Source: Spirochaetia bacterium
Lineage (GTDB): Bacteria; Spirochaetota; Spirochaetia; UBA9216
Direction: 5' to 3'
NCBI GenBank assembly: GCA_963675665.1
Contig: OY776510.1
Coordinates: forward strand, 3,200,001 to 3,264,000
DNA length: 64,000 nt
Part shown: positions 1 through 10,850 of the stretch, in pieces
Layout: each line of letters opens with the position of its first letter
Numbering within the stretch: position 1 is the first letter of the stretch
The notes under the pieces: generated by a model
Seen by the model: the letters and a program-made list of their open reading frames with translations, nothing else
The model's database searches: none
Told to the model about the DNA's origin: nothing
Made by a program: the position numbers and the translations under genes

Positions 1-963
1 TTTTGTGATATAAAAGGACTTCCGTTTGTAAAGCGCGCTCTTGAAATAGCAGCTGCCGGACGGCACAATGCCCTTCTTTTCGGACCGCCCGGAGGGGGTA
101 AAACAATTTGCAGCAGGGCGTTATCCGGGATTCTGCCTTCACTTGACCGCAAAGAGGCTATCGAGGTTACCCGTATCTATTCGGCCGCCGGCATGCTGCC
201 GGAAGGGGCCGGCCTGATAACCCTGCCTCCGTTTCGGGAACCGCACCATTCAGCTTCGGAAGAAGGTCTTATCGGAGGCGGCAGAACGGTTAAGCCCGGA
301 GAAGTCTCTCTTGCGCACAAGGGAGTGCTCTTTCTTGACGAAACACCTGAATTCAGCAAGAACCTGCTGCAGTCTCTGCGTGAGCCGGCTGAAGAGGGGC
401 GGGTCGATATAGCCCGGGCCGGAAGAAGCTGCATCTATCCTGCTGATTTTCAGCTGATTCTTGCGGCTAATCCGTGTCCGTGCGGAAACCTGGGCAAAAA
501 AGAGGCGGTGTGCGTATGCAGCCGAAAGGAAGTGCTGTCATACTGGAAAAAACTGGGAGGAGCTCTTCTTGATCGAATTGATATAAGAATACCTGTACAG
601 CCGACAGCAGTTGACATTTATTCAGCCGGAGACGAGGAAAAAAGCAGCAGCATACGCAATAGAATCTGCAGGGCTGTTGAATTGCAGCGCAAGCGGTATA
701 ACGGCGAACCATTCAGCAGGAATGCGAGAATACCGCAGGGGAAACTGAAGCAGTATTGCGGAATGAATGATCAGGCTGAAAAGACATATCTGGAAGCTGT
801 CAGGAAAATGAATATTTCCTCAAGGGCATGTGTTTCAATTATTAAAACGGCACGCAGTATCGCCGACCTCCGATTCGGAGAAATTATTAATGAAGATGAT
901 ATTCTCGAAGCTGTACAGCATAGGCGGTACGGTGAGCAGGATTTTTTCTGGAGTAAAATCTGA
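1..963 (+). CDS. comM: YifB/ComM family Mg-chelatase-like AAA+ ATPase (5' end outside window)
   Basis: Frame 1 is open from base 1: DIKG...KRALEIAAAGRHNALLFGPPGGGKT (Walker A), PFREPHHSAS, GEVSLAHKGVLFLDE, AANPCPCG, LLDRIDI. Confidence 0.92.
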   Translation, partial: FCDIKGLPFVKRALEIAAAGRHNALLFGPPGGGKTICSRALSGILPSLDRKEAIEVTRIYSAAGMLPEGAGLITLPPFREPHHSASEEGLIGGGRTVKPGEVSLAHKGVLFLDETPEFSKNLLQSLREPAEEGRVDIARAGRSCIYPADFQLILAANPCPCGNLGKKEAVCVCSRKEVLSYWKKLGGALLDRIDIRIPVQPTAVDIYSAGDEEKSSSIRNRICRAVELQRKRYNGEPFSRNARIPQGKLKQYCGMNDQAEKTYLEAVRKMNISSRACVSIIKTARSIADLRFGEIINEDDILEAVQHRRYGEQDFFWSKI

Positions 964-1073
964 AGAAAAAATAAACTGAACCGTAATTGCTTTACTATAA
1001 TGGACTTTCCGTATAGAAATTTACCTCAATTAAAAGTATATTTAGGTGTAGATCTTTGAGGAGGAAGGTTCGG

Positions 1074-2297
1074 ATGAAATTATACAGCCGCGGCCAGGTT
1101 ACTGTTATAGCTGTCTCTGCCGCTTTGCTTGCTTTCTTTTTGGTATTGGGGTTCGGCTTTTTTAAATTGCCGTCTTCAACCGACGAGCCTGTTGTTGAAG
1201 TTCAAAGCCCGCCGGCCTTTCAAATCCAGCAAAGCGCCATTTCTGAAACGAACCTTCTTCAGGTTTCTGATTACAGTTCATACTCGGAAGAGGAACGTAA
1301 TACGATTAATATTTACGAAAGCATGAATGAAGCTGTTGTAAATATTTCAACTGAAACGATGGGAATAAATTTTTTCCTTGAACCGGTGCCTATGGAAGGC
1401 GGTACAGGCTCCGGGTCTATTATCGATAACCGCGGGTATGTGCTTACGAATTATCATGTGGTTGAAGATGCATACAAGGTTTTTATCACTTTATACGATG
1501 AAAGTACGCATGAAGGTGATGTTGTCGGGCGCGATCAGGAGAACGATCTTGCAATTATCAAGTTTGATCCCGACGGAAAACAGCTGACGACAATACCTTT
1601 CGGGACTTCAACAGGCCTGAGAGTGGGTCAGAAAGTTCTTGCAATAGGAAATCCGTACGGTTATGACCGGACCCTGACTGTAGGAATTGTGTCCGGCCTG
1701 GGAAGACCGGTAAAAACCAGCAGCGGAATTGTAATTCAGGGCATGATTCAGACCGACGCTTCAATCAACCCCGGTAATTCCGGAGGCCCGCTGCTTGATT
1801 CAAACGGAAGGATGATAGGAATAAATACAATGATATACAGTCCCACCGGCGGATCTGTCGGCATAGGGTTTTCAGTTCCTGTCGATACGGCTATTCGGGT
1901 TGTTCCTGATCTTATAACCTACGGCGAAGTGAAACGGGGCTGGATAAATATTATACCGATACAGCTTGACCGGAATATCGTCCGCTATGCCAATCTTGCC
2001 GTAAACAAGGGCCTTCTTGTCTCCGAAATTGTTAAAGGCGGAAATGCCGATAAAGCCGGCCTCAGGGGGGGCGATTCAAGCCGGCCCGTTCGTTACGGAC
2101 GGGATACCATATACCTGGGCGGCGATATAATTATCGAAATCGACGGTTTTAAGACGGAAACGATTGCCGACATGTTTACAGCACTCGAGGATAATAAACC
2201 GGGCGAAAAAATAGAGATAGTAGTGGCTCGAGGCCGTCAGAAAAAAACACTTGAGATTGAGTTGTCGGAACGGACGGAAGGTCTCAGCTGGGATTAA
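1074..2297 (+). CDS. htrA: HtrA/DegP-family membrane-anchored serine protease with PDZ domain
   Basis: N-terminal TM segment, TNYHVV, DLAII, IQTDASINPGNSGGPL, C-terminal PDZ (GGDIIIEIDG); ATG 1074 follows GAGGAGG. Confidence 0.9.
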   Translation: MKLYSRGQVTVIAVSAALLAFFLVLGFGFFKLPSSTDEPVVEVQSPPAFQIQQSAISETNLLQVSDYSSYSEEERNTINIYESMNEAVVNISTETMGINFFLEPVPMEGGTGSGSIIDNRGYVLTNYHVVEDAYKVFITLYDESTHEGDVVGRDQENDLAIIKFDPDGKQLTTIPFGTSTGLRVGQKVLAIGNPYGYDRTLTVGIVSGLGRPVKTSSGIVIQGMIQTDASINPGNSGGPLLDSNGRMIGINTMIYSPTGGSVGIGFSVPVDTAIRVVPDLITYGEVKRGWINIIPIQLDRNIVRYANLAVNKGLLVSEIVKGGNADKAGLRGGDSSRPVRYGRDTIYLGGDIIIEIDGFKTETIADMFTALEDNKPGEKIEIVVARGRQKKTLEIELSERTEGLSWD

Positions 2298-2306
2298 AAG
2301 GTAATA

Positions 2307-4295
2307 ATGCAGGCATTTAAAGTAAAATCAGAATTTGAACCGGCCGGAGATCAGCGACAGGCTATAGACAAGCTGTCAGACGGTTTGCTTGAAGGAAAGC
2401 GAAAGCAGACGCTGAAAGGCGTAACGGGGTCGGGGAAAACCTACACAATGGCCAAGATCATTGAGCGGGTACAGAAACCTACGCTTGTCCTGAGTCATAA
2501 TAAAACACTGGCCGCACAGCTTTACAGGGAATTCCTGGATTTCTTTCCGGACAATGCCGTAGAATATTTTGTTTCATATTACGATTATTATCAGCCCGAG
2601 GCTTATGTGCCGTCAAAGGATCTTTATATAGAAAAAGATGCGGACATTAACCAGGAGATAGACAGAATGCGGCTGTCGGCATCTTCATCGCTGATAGAAC
2701 GCGATGATGTTATAGTTGTTGCTACAGTTTCATGTATATACGGTTTGGGCAATCCCGTGTCGTTTAAGGATATGAGAATACCGATTATCCGGGGGACTCA
2801 TGTAAACATCGGCGATATTGCGCGTAAACTTGTATCACTGCAGTACGACCGGAATAATGATGTTTTAAAACGCGGCTGCTTCAGGATCAGGGGCGATGTA
2901 ATCGAAATATACCCGGCGTATATGAAAACAATCTATCGAATCGAGTTTGACTGGGATGAAATTGAGCGTATAACAAGTATACATGCAGTAACCGGTGAGG
3001 TGCTTGAGGAGATACCCCGCTGCACTGTTTACCCGGCAAAACACTTTGTTATGCCTGAAGAACAGATGAAGTCGGCAATCGTTACCATTCGGGAAGAGCT
3101 CGGTGAACGCCTGGAGGAACTGACGTTACAGAATAAGCTTGTCGAGGCGCAAAGGCTCAAGAGCCGAACCGAATATGATATAGAAATGATGGAGGAACTG
3201 GGCTACTGCTCCGGAATAGAAAACTATTCACGACCGCTGAGCAACCGGAAGGCAGGGGAACGGCCCGCGGTGCTTCTTGATTATTTTCCGGATGATTTTC
3301 TGACATTTATCGACGAGTCTCATGTTACGATTCCTCAGCTCGGGGGAATGTACGAGGGCGACAGATCAAGAAAACAGAACCTGGTTGATTTCGGATTCAG
3401 GCTGCCTTCGGCGCTTGACAACAGGCCGCTGATTCTCGATGAATTTGAATCGATTGCAAAAACACTCATATATGTATCGGCAACACCAAGGAAGGCGGAG
3501 CTGGATATTTCGGAAACTGTCGCCGAGCAGTTGATCAGGCCTACCGGCCTGCTTGATCCCGAGATTGAGGTGAGGCCCACAAGGGGGCAGATAGAGAACC
3601 TTTATTCCGAAATACAAAAACGGGTTGAAAAGAATGAAAGGGTACTTGTTACGACTCTGACCAAAAAGATGTCGGAAGAACTGACCGATTACCTTTCAAA
3701 TCTCGGGGTCAAGGTACGTTACCTTCATTCGGAGATTGAAACGATAGAACGGGTTGAAATCCTGAAAGAATTGAGGATAGGCAAGATTGATGTAATTATT
3801 GGAATTAACCTGCTTCGGGAAGGGCTTGACTTGCCCGAAGTATCGCTTATTGCTATTCTTGATGCCGACAAGATCGGTTTTCTGCGCTCGGCCACATCTC
3901 TGATGCAAACCATCGGAAGGGCCGCACGTAATTCGGAAGGTTTTGTTATAATGTATGCCGACAGGGAATCGGATGCAATGAAAGAAGCAATAAATGAAAC
4001 AACACGTCGGCGCGAGATTCAGCAGAAATACAATGATGAGCATGGAATAACTCCCCAGACTATTAAAAAGGCTGTTGCCGATATGCTTGTCAGAAAGAAA
4101 GAAGAAAAACTGAGCAGTGAAAAATTGTCCATCGATATAATAAAGGATAATTATAATGCTGTTATTCCGCGGGAGCGTAAAGCCTTGATTAAAGCGCTTG
4201 AAAAAGAAATGATTGAACTTGCAAAGGATCTTGAATTTGAAAAAGCAGCTTTTGTAAGGGATGAAATAAATAAACTTAAAGGAATAGGTAATTAA
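2307..4295 (+). CDS. uvrB: Excinuclease ABC subunit B
   Basis: [40 protein letters not shown]-terminal UVR domain ([11 protein letters not shown]). Confidence 0.98.
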   Translation: MQAFKVKSEFEPAGDQRQAIDKLSDGLLEGKRKQTLKGVTGSGKTYTMAKIIERVQKPTLVLSHNKTLAAQLYREFLDFFPDNAVEYFVSYYDYYQPEAYVPSKDLYIEKDADINQEIDRMRLSASSSLIERDDVIVVATVSCIYGLGNPVSFKDMRIPIIRGTHVNIGDIARKLVSLQYDRNNDVLKRGCFRIRGDVIEIYPAYMKTIYRIEFDWDEIERITSIHAVTGEVLEEIPRCTVYPAKHFVMPEEQMKSAIVTIREELGERLEELTLQNKLVEAQRLKSRTEYDIEMMEELGYCSGIENYSRPLSNRKAGERPAVLLDYFPDDFLTFIDESHVTIPQLGGMYEGDRSRKQNLVDFGFRLPSALDNRPLILDEFESIAKTLIYVSATPRKAELDISETVAEQLIRPTGLLDPEIEVRPTRGQIENLYSEIQKRVEKNERVLVTTLTKKMSEELTDYLSNLGVKVRYLHSEIETIERVEILKELRIGKIDVIIGINLLREGLDLPEVSLIAILDADKIGFLRSATSLMQTIGRAARNSEGFVIMYADRESDAMKEAINETTRRREIQQKYNDEHGITPQTIKKAVADMLVRKKEEKLSSEKLSIDIIKDNYNAVIPRERKALIKALEKEMIELAKDLEFEKAAFVRDEINKLKGIGN

Positions 4296-4296
4296 A

Positions 4297-5067
4297 ATGC
4301 TTCTTGCTGTTAATGTCGGTAATTCAAACATACGTTTCGGGGTTTTTAAAGGCAGGGACTGCAGTGCGCGCTGGATGATCCAGTCAAAACCACATAAATC
4401 CGCTGACGAATATATTGTTATTATTCATTCGATGCTGAAAGAAAATAATATTAAAATTCATCAGATTGACAGGATTATAACAGCTTCGGTTGTCCCCGCT
4501 TTAACTGGTGTATTCCGGGAAGCTTTTAAAAAAATGTTCGGGCTTGAACCGGTATTTATTAATTACAAAATGAATTCAGGTTTGTCTTTTCCCATAGAAA
4601 GTCCCGCGGAACTGGGAGCTGACCTGCTTGCAAATGCCGCCGCCGCGTTCAATCTGCATAAAAAGGATGCAATTGTGGTTGATTTCGGAACAGCGCTGAG
4701 TTTTACGGTTGTCAGGAAAAACGGTTTTCTTACAGGAATTGTAATTGCCCCGGGAGTTATTTCCGCCCTGGGATCGCTTGTTGAAGATACAGCCCAGCTG
4801 CCGGAAATAGAGCTTGAAAAACCTGAAAGGGTTATAGGAATTGAAACAATAGGCTGTATCCAGTCGGGATTGATCTACGGTTATACCGGTCTGATAGAAA
4901 ACATTATAAAAAAAATTGATGAAGAGCAGGGCACCGAATCGCTTGTTATCGCGACAGGCGGAACGGCCCATGTATTTGAAAAGATAAGCGAACGAATAGA
5001 TATTTATGATGATCTGCATACTCTAAAAGGGCTGCAGGTCATGGATGAAATGAACCGGAAAAACTAA
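4297..5067 (+). CDS. coaX: Type III pantothenate kinase
   Basis: NVGNSN, ASVVP, LGAD, VDFGTA, IATGG motifs. Confidence 0.93.
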   Translation: MLLAVNVGNSNIRFGVFKGRDCSARWMIQSKPHKSADEYIVIIHSMLKENNIKIHQIDRIITASVVPALTGVFREAFKKMFGLEPVFINYKMNSGLSFPIESPAELGADLLANAAAAFNLHKKDAIVVDFGTALSFTVVRKNGFLTGIVIAPGVISALGSLVEDTAQLPEIELEKPERVIGIETIGCIQSGLIYGYTGLIENIIKKIDEEQGTESLVIATGGTAHVFEKISERIDIYDDLHTLKGLQVMDEMNRKN

Positions 5068-5116
5068 AAAAAACGGGAATTGTTTAAAGCTGCGGTTTTT
5101 AATAATTCCCGAACAC

Positions 5117-6061
5117 TCAATCAGCCTCAAAAAGCACCGGGTCTATAGGGAAAGCGCCGATATTCGGCATGTAATCGTAGGCTGTGCCGTCATTGAAATT
5201 ACTGTTTATTCCGTCTGCTGCAAAACGGTATGCTTCGATTACGCTAATAAACCCGTCGAAATTATAATCAGCATAGCCTGGGCTTTTCAGCAGAAAATAG
5301 GTGAACAGCCCGTGGCCGATATTTCCCAGCTCAAATGATTCTTCCGTTTCTCCGGATGCAGCAAGGATTGTGAATCTGTCCTGCGGCAGGTCGTTGTCGG
5401 TAGGTGAATAGTCAAGATACATTTTTATGGTTTCGGTAGGGGTAAAAATATTTGTAATATCTCCCCTTGTGTAATCTGAGCTTATTGTGCTGACTGTGAA
5501 CCCGTCGCCTATAAAACCTCCGGAAAAACATGCATCTATGATGACCGTTTTATTTGTTGAAGGCAATGTTGACAGAAGATCAGCGAGAGAATCATCAGAC
5601 AGGGTGACGCTGAGCACATCCGCACCGGGGTCTCCCTGAACAAAATCAAAAATTGTATTGAGAGAACCGTGAAGCGCAAGAATTTCATCATAAGTATTAG
5701 AGGCTGAATCGGGTTCGCCGCCATCAAGGTCAAGTATAAGGCCGTGTCCTGAAAAATAGAACAATAAACGATCTTCCTCCGACATTTGCGATGACATGTC
5801 GTTTACATCCTGAGTGATAGATGAAAGAGAAGCGCCTTCGTTTATTCCGAGAGTAACATTCCATCCTTTGGAGGAAAGAAGATCCGCCAGAGCTACAGCA
5901 TCATCGTCAGTATAATACAAATCGTTGGTTGTTCCGGTATAATCCGAAACTCCGTATACAAGCGCATAGCCCTGGGGTATATCTGGTTCGGTGCAGGATG
6001 TATAAAAAAGGACAGACACAAGAACAGAAAGGGCGGTAAATATTAAAATAATTTTTTTCAT
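5117..6061 (-). CDS. Caspase-family (peptidase C14) lipoprotein
   Basis: Signal peptide ending FYTSC; YALVYGVSDY, FYFSGHG (His), IIDACFSG (Cys), GHGLFTYFL. Confidence 0.85.
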   Translation of the reverse strand: MKKIILIFTALSVLVSVLFYTSCTEPDIPQGYALVYGVSDYTGTTNDLYYTDDDAVALADLLSSKGWNVTLGINEGASLSSITQDVNDMSSQMSEEDRLLFYFSGHGLILDLDGGEPDSASNTYDEILALHGSLNTIFDFVQGDPGADVLSVTLSDDSLADLLSTLPSTNKTVIIDACFSGGFIGDGFTVSTISSDYTRGDITNIFTPTETIKMYLDYSPTDNDLPQDRFTILAASGETEESFELGNIGHGLFTYFLLKSPGYADYNFDGFISVIEAYRFAADGINSNFNDGTAYDYMPNIGAFPIDPVLFEAD

Positions 6062-6597
6062 TTTACTACCGCCTTTAAAATTATTCCCGCAGACATGAAT
6101 AAATAAGATTCCCTGTGGAAATAATATCTTACCGGTATCTCGGCGGCCAATTCGAGATTTTTATCTGAATAAAAAGTGAATGCGGCTCTTGCAGCCAACG
6201 AAGGAAGAAAAAAATAATTCTCGGTTAAATTGTATTTGAACCAGCTTGCGCCGGTATCAATACCGACTTCGATAAAATCAGCCGAAGGTACGGCAAGCCC
6301 GGACGCCAGAGTTGTTTCAATTCCGGAGAATCCCGGGTAAGACCAGCCTCCGTCTATGCTTGAAGAACGGTTGTAGATATAAGAGGCTGAAAGACCCGTG
6401 TTCAAATATTCAGCGTAATTCAGCTGGAGGAAAGCCCCCGCGTTTATTCCCGGCTGGAGTTTTACTTCCCTGTCAGCAAAGGATGTAATTTGGGCAAGAG
6501 GAGATATTCTGAAACCTCCGCTTAAAAAAATATTCTCTGAAAAGCAGGAGCTGCCGATTAAAAGAATATAAACTAGTGTAATTAATTTAAATTTCAT
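6058..6597 (-). CDS. Exported hypothetical protein, probable small outer-membrane beta-barrel
   Basis: Signal peptide, alternating hydrophobic/aromatic strands; ATGA overlap with the caspase gene. Confidence 0.55.
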   Translation of the reverse strand: MKFKLITLVYILLIGSSCFSENIFLSGGFRISPLAQITSFADREVKLQPGINAGAFLQLNYAEYLNTGLSASYIYNRSSSIDGGWSYPGFSGIETTLASGLAVPSADFIEVGIDTGASWFKYNLTENYFFLPSLAARAAFTFYSDKNLELAAEIPVRYYFHRESYLFMSAGIILKAVVK

Positions 6598-6639
6598 CTA
6601 ATATGTAATTTACACTTAAACAACAGGAATTCAAGTCAA

Positions 6640-7035
6640 ATGAAAAGAATTACAGTATTTATAATATTAATAACTGCAGCCTCCGTGTTCCCGTTAATTT
6701 CGTGTGAAAAGGAAGAGGAACAATTCGGCGATATAGAACTACCTCCGGCGCCGCTCATCTCCGAATCGGAACGATGGGCGGTGATTGAGGCCGCGTATCT
6801 GAGGCTTCGCGAACGTCCGGAAACGGATTCCCGGCTTGTTACGACTTTGTGGAAAGGATATGTTCTGGAAGTTCTGTCGAGATCTTCTTCCAAAATGTAT
6901 ATGGACGATCTTGAAGACTACTGGTATCAAATAAATTATGACGGTCTTCAGGGCTGGGTATTCGGTTCATATCTTAAAATATACGACAGCCATGAAGAAG
7001 CTGAAATAGGGGCGCGCTCAATAAGGGCCGATTAA
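6640..7035 (+). CDS. SH3b-domain lipoprotein
   Basis: Lipobox LISC; LRLRERP...WYQI...GLQGWVFGSYL is typical of bacterial SH3. Confidence 0.8.
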   Translation: MKRITVFIILITAASVFPLISCEKEEEQFGDIELPPAPLISESERWAVIEAAYLRLRERPETDSRLVTTLWKGYVLEVLSRSSSKMYMDDLEDYWYQINYDGLQGWVFGSYLKIYDSHEEAEIGARSIRAD

Positions 7036-7967
7036 CAGCTGATCAGTTTATCGGTATCCACCGACAGAACTGTTTCAGTTCCCTTTCTGATTTTTTCGCT
7101 GCTGAAAAAAACAATATTGTCGTTGCCGGCCGTTCCGTCACATATATAATAACCGCCCGCATACTCGGAAGATTCAACAGTAACATTAATCAGGAATTCA
7201 CCGGTATCGGGGGACTGTAAAATACTGCATGCCTCCGGACGGAACATTATGTGATCGAATTTATTCATGATGCCGATGAAATCGGCCGTAAAAAAGTCGA
7301 CAGGCTCGTTGTAAAGCTGTTCCGGAGTTCCCGTCTGCGTGATACTTCCCTGGTTCATGACGGCAATCCGGTCCGAAACAGACATGGCTTCTTCCTGGTC
7401 ATGGGTAACATATACGGCGGTGAATCCGAGTTCGCTCTGGATACGAATAATTTCGCGCCGCAGGTTTTTTCTAAGTTTAACGTCAAGCGCGCTCAGGGGT
7501 TCGTCAAAAAGCAGCAGTTCCGGTTCAGGCGCGATAGCCCTTGCCAGCGCGACCCTTTGCTGTTCACCGCCGGAAAGTTCGTGTATCCTTCTGTGTTCAT
7601 ACCCTTCGAGGCTGACTATCGAAAGAAGTTCCGGAACCCTGCGTTTAATTGACTTTCGACTAAATTTATGAGCTTCAAGTCCGTAGGCAATATTATGAAA
7701 TACATCGAGGTGGGGGAACAGCGCGTAATCCTGAAAAACCATTCCGATATTTCGCGATGATGTCTGTATTTCGGTAACGTCCCTGTCATTAATAATAATT
7801 CTGCCGGAGTCGGGCGACAGAAAACCGGCGACCAGGCGCAAAAGCGTAGTCTTGCCGGAGCCGGACGGACCGAGAATTGAAAGAAATTCACCGTTATTTA
7901 TTTTCAGATCAGCAGAAAGGCTGAAATTATCATAATTGAATTCAAGGTTATTGATTATTACACTCAA
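7032..7967 (-). CDS. thiQ: ABC transporter ATP-binding protein (thiamine, ThiQ-like)
   Basis: GPSGSGKT, LSGGEQQRVALARA, DEPLSALD; last gene of the TPP-riboswitch operon. Confidence 0.8.
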   Translation of the reverse strand: MSVIINNLEFNYDNFSLSADLKINNGEFLSILGPSGSGKTTLLRLVAGFLSPDSGRIIINDRDVTEIQTSSRNIGMVFQDYALFPHLDVFHNIAYGLEAHKFSRKSIKRRVPELLSIVSLEGYEHRRIHELSGGEQQRVALARAIAPEPELLLFDEPLSALDVKLRKNLRREIIRIQSELGFTAVYVTHDQEEAMSVSDRIAVMNQGSITQTGTPEQLYNEPVDFFTADFIGIMNKFDHIMFRPEACSILQSPDTGEFLINVTVESSEYAGGYYICDGTAGNDNIVFFSSEKIRKGTETVLSVDTDKLISC

Positions 7968-9652
7968 AATACTTCACTTCCTCCGTAGCGATCTATCAGA
8001 TAAAAAGCAATGCCGCAGATTAACATTAAAATGGAGCCCATGGCGCAGGCTCCGAAAAATTTATACGATGATATCAGACGGTATACTGCAATCGGCATCG
8101 TAGGGGAGGCTCCGTCCGAAAGAATCAGCGCGGCATTTATTTCCCCTGCGCTGATGCAGAAGGCAAAAGCGGCAGCGCTGATAAGGCTTCCCTTCAGGAG
8201 CGGAAGTTCAATACGAATAAAAGTCCGGACAAACCCTGCCCCGAGTGTGCCTGATGCTTCAAGAAGCGATTTGCTTATCCCCCTGATTCCGGTTGTAAGC
8301 GTTCTGACTGCAAACGGCATCGCAATTACGGAATGAGCCAGCACGATAAGGATTCCCCTGTTTGAAAGGTTTACAGAAATTAATGAAAGCATACTGTAAT
8401 ATCCAAGCCCGAGCACTATTGAAGATACGCCCATCGGGAGCATGAACAGTGTTTCGGCGGCGCCGCTGAAGCGAATAAGTCCGCGGGCTGTAGCATAGGC
8501 TGCTATAAGCCCGGCAGGCACTGATATAAGCATTGCGCCTGTTGCGAAGAGTATTGAATTGCCTACCGATTTGAAGAGACTGCCTGATGAAAACACAGTC
8601 CGGTAAGATTTGAGGGTAAATACTATGTCTCCCCGCCATCCTGCACGGCCCTGAAACGATCTGAACACAACTGCGGCAAGAGGCCCGATTATCAGAACAA
8701 TAACAACAACAAGATATACAATTATAAAAACACGTTCCTGGACGGACATGCGAGTGAATTTCCTTTCTGAAAGGGGGCTGTCGGCTCCTGCAGCCACGGT
8801 TGCCCTTTTCTGGAGTTTTATATATATGTAGGTCAGCAGGCCGGTCAGCAGCGCTCCTGTAAGCGCAAGCGAAGCTGCGGCTTCTATATCCAGGGTTATT
8901 CTTGCCAGCCGGTAGATTTCAACTTCTATTGTTGTAAAAGCCGGGCCGCCCCCGAGCACAAGGATTATTGCGAAGCTCATGAAACAAAATATGAACACCA
9001 GAGAAGCCGAAGCAATGATGGACGGCAGCAGGGCCGGCAAAGTTATTGTAAAAAATATTCTGATTCTTCCTGCTCCGAGGATTTCCGCCGCTTCTATCCG
9101 GCTGCGCCCTGATTGTTTCCAGGCTGATGAGACCAGTCTGAGCGAAACGGGGAAATTGTAAAAGGTATGCGCCATTATTATCGCTTTGAATGAATAAAGA
9201 ATTTTAAGAGGCGGTTTATCAAGCGACGCAATCTTCATTATCAGGCTGTTGATAATTCCGCTGTTGCCGAAGCAGAGCACAAACCCGAGAACAACAAGAA
9301 CAGAAGGCAGGACGAAGGGAACAGTTGTCAGGCTGTTTATAAAACGTTTGCCCTTGAAATCAAGATGAGACATAATCCATGCCCCGGGAAGCCCTATAAG
9401 AACGGCAGAAACGGTGCTGACGGCAGCCTGGAGAAATGTGAACCCTATGACCGACTGGTAGTAACTGTTCTGAAGAGTTTTTAAAAAATCAGCCGCGCCG
9501 ATGTTTTTAAAGATCGACAAAACCGGCAAAAGAAAAAATACAGCAAGAACTGCCAGGGGAATAATAAAAAGGGATCCGGCAACAGAAGGCCGGATTCGGT
9601 TAATCCTCCCGCCGCCTGTAAAGACGGGAGGATTGTTTTTTTCCAGGTTCAA
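7964..9652 (-). CDS. thiP: Thiamine ABC transporter permease (ThiP-like, duplicated TM domain); start uncertain (TTG 9652 or ATG 9700)
   Basis: Two EAA loops (IEAAEILGA, LEASGTLGA), many TM helices, operon context. Confidence 0.8.
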   Translation of the reverse strand: MNLEKNNPPVFTGGGRINRIRPSVAGSLFIIPLAVLAVFFLLPVLSIFKNIGAADFLKTLQNSYYQSVIGFTFLQAAVSTVSAVLIGLPGAWIMSHLDFKGKRFINSLTTVPFVLPSVLVVLGFVLCFGNSGIINSLIMKIASLDKPPLKILYSFKAIIMAHTFYNFPVSLRLVSSAWKQSGRSRIEAAEILGAGRIRIFFTITLPALLPSIIASASLVFIFCFMSFAIILVLGGGPAFTTIEVEIYRLARITLDIEAAASLALTGALLTGLLTYIYIKLQKRATVAAGADSPLSERKFTRMSVQERVFIIVYLVVVIVLIIGPLAAVVFRSFQGRAGWRGDIVFTLKSYRTVFSSGSLFKSVGNSILFATGAMLISVPAGLIAAYATARGLIRFSGAAETLFMLPMGVSSIVLGLGYYSMLSLISVNLSNRGILIVLAHSVIAMPFAVRTLTTGIRGISKSLLEASGTLGAGFVRTFIRIELPLLKGSLISAAAFAFCISAGEINAALILSDGASPTMPIAVYRLISSYKFFGACAMGSILMLICGIAFYLIDRYGGSEVF

Positions 9653-9663
9653 AGCGCCGTATC

Positions 9664-10707
9664 CTAATCCACGACTGCTTCGAGCCAGGCGGCAAGCCAT
9701 TTGTTGAGACTGGAGTCGATATCTTCGGTTTCAAGAAGAAGCGGTTTTTCCGAAACGGGAGCATATGAAAAGGAATCCGGCAGCGGTGTTTCTGCAGTGA
9801 TCGGCATCATGAAATTGGTCAGCGGAATTACAGACTGAAAATCATCGGTAAGCATAAATTCTATAAATTTTTCAGCATTGTTTCTGTTCGGCGCATTTTT
9901 TATGATTGCCATGGCTTCAATCTGCATGTAATTGCCTTCTTCAAAAAGGAGAGCCTTGTACCTGTCTGTTTTATCGTATTCGACGTGGACAGGAGGGCTC
10001 GTCGTATAGCTGAGTACCATGGGTGCTTCTCCGGCAGTATAGAGCCCGTAGCCTGAGTCCCAGCCTTCGGTAATCGTCAAAACGGAAGGCATCAGCCTTT
10101 TCCAGTAATCAATAAAGCTGTCTCCGTAAACGGATATCGTCCAAAGCAGGAAACCGAGGCCCGGGCTTGAAGTTCTGGGATCCATCAGAATGAGCGAGTC
10201 TTCATATTCAGGATTTGTGAGGTCTTCAAGTGAAGAAGGGGGATTTGATAAAGAGAGTGAATCATAATTTATTGAAAAATATCCGTAATCAAAAGGAACC
10301 ACGTGAAATGTTTTGTCGAATACAAGATGTTCCGGGACCCTGTCGATACCGGAAGGTTTATAAGGTTCAAAAACGTCCGCGCCTAAGGCCTTTGCAAGCA
10401 TGTTGTTGTCGATGCCGATCATAATGTCCGCCTGCGGATTGTCTTTTTCCAAAACAACCCTGCTGAGGACCTGTCCTGAATCTCCTGCAGATTTCAGTTC
10501 AACATCTATGCCGTATTTTTCTTCAAAAACCGGAATTACGGTACCTGCCGGGCCCCATTCCGATGCAAAGGAATCATAGGTATAAATTACCAGTTTGTTC
10601 TCTGCTTTTAAAATCTGATCACTGCCGTTTGTTTCCTGACTGCCCCCTGCGAAAATTACAGAAGCAGCCGCCAACATCAATAACGCTGTTAACATTGTTT
10701 TCTTCAT
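9664..10707 (-). CDS. thiB: Thiamine ABC transporter substrate-binding protein (TbpA/ThiB)
   Basis: YTYDSFASEWGP, DPRTSSPGLGFL, VLSYTTSP; spirochaete-type signal peptide (FAGG); ATG 10707 after GGAGG. Confidence 0.9.
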   Translation of the reverse strand: MKKTMLTALLMLAAASVIFAGGSQETNGSDQILKAENKLVIYTYDSFASEWGPAGTVIPVFEEKYGIDVELKSAGDSGQVLSRVVLEKDNPQADIMIGIDNNMLAKALGADVFEPYKPSGIDRVPEHLVFDKTFHVVPFDYGYFSINYDSLSLSNPPSSLEDLTNPEYEDSLILMDPRTSSPGLGFLLWTISVYGDSFIDYWKRLMPSVLTITEGWDSGYGLYTAGEAPMVLSYTTSPPVHVEYDKTDRYKALLFEEGNYMQIEAMAIIKNAPNRNNAEKFIEFMLTDDFQSVIPLTNFMMPITAETPLPDSFSYAPVSEKPLLLETEDIDSSLNKWLAAWLEAVVD

Positions 10708-10751
10708 AAAGAAAACCTCCGTGAGTAAAATTATGATGTGGGGGTTTGGAT

Positions 10752-10844
10752 GTCTCGCTCCCTTCGCCGGCATTATCCGGATCAGGTTCTACGGGTATAA
10801 TCTCAGGACTCAACCGGATATTCTCCGATCGGCCACCCCACGAC
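10752..10844 (-). ncRNA. TPP (THI-box) riboswitch
   Basis: Minus strand GGGGTGG...CTGAGATTATACCCGTAGAACCTGATCCGGATAATGCCGGCGAAGGGA directly upstream of thiB. Confidence 0.95.
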
Positions 10845-10850
10845 ATTTAC

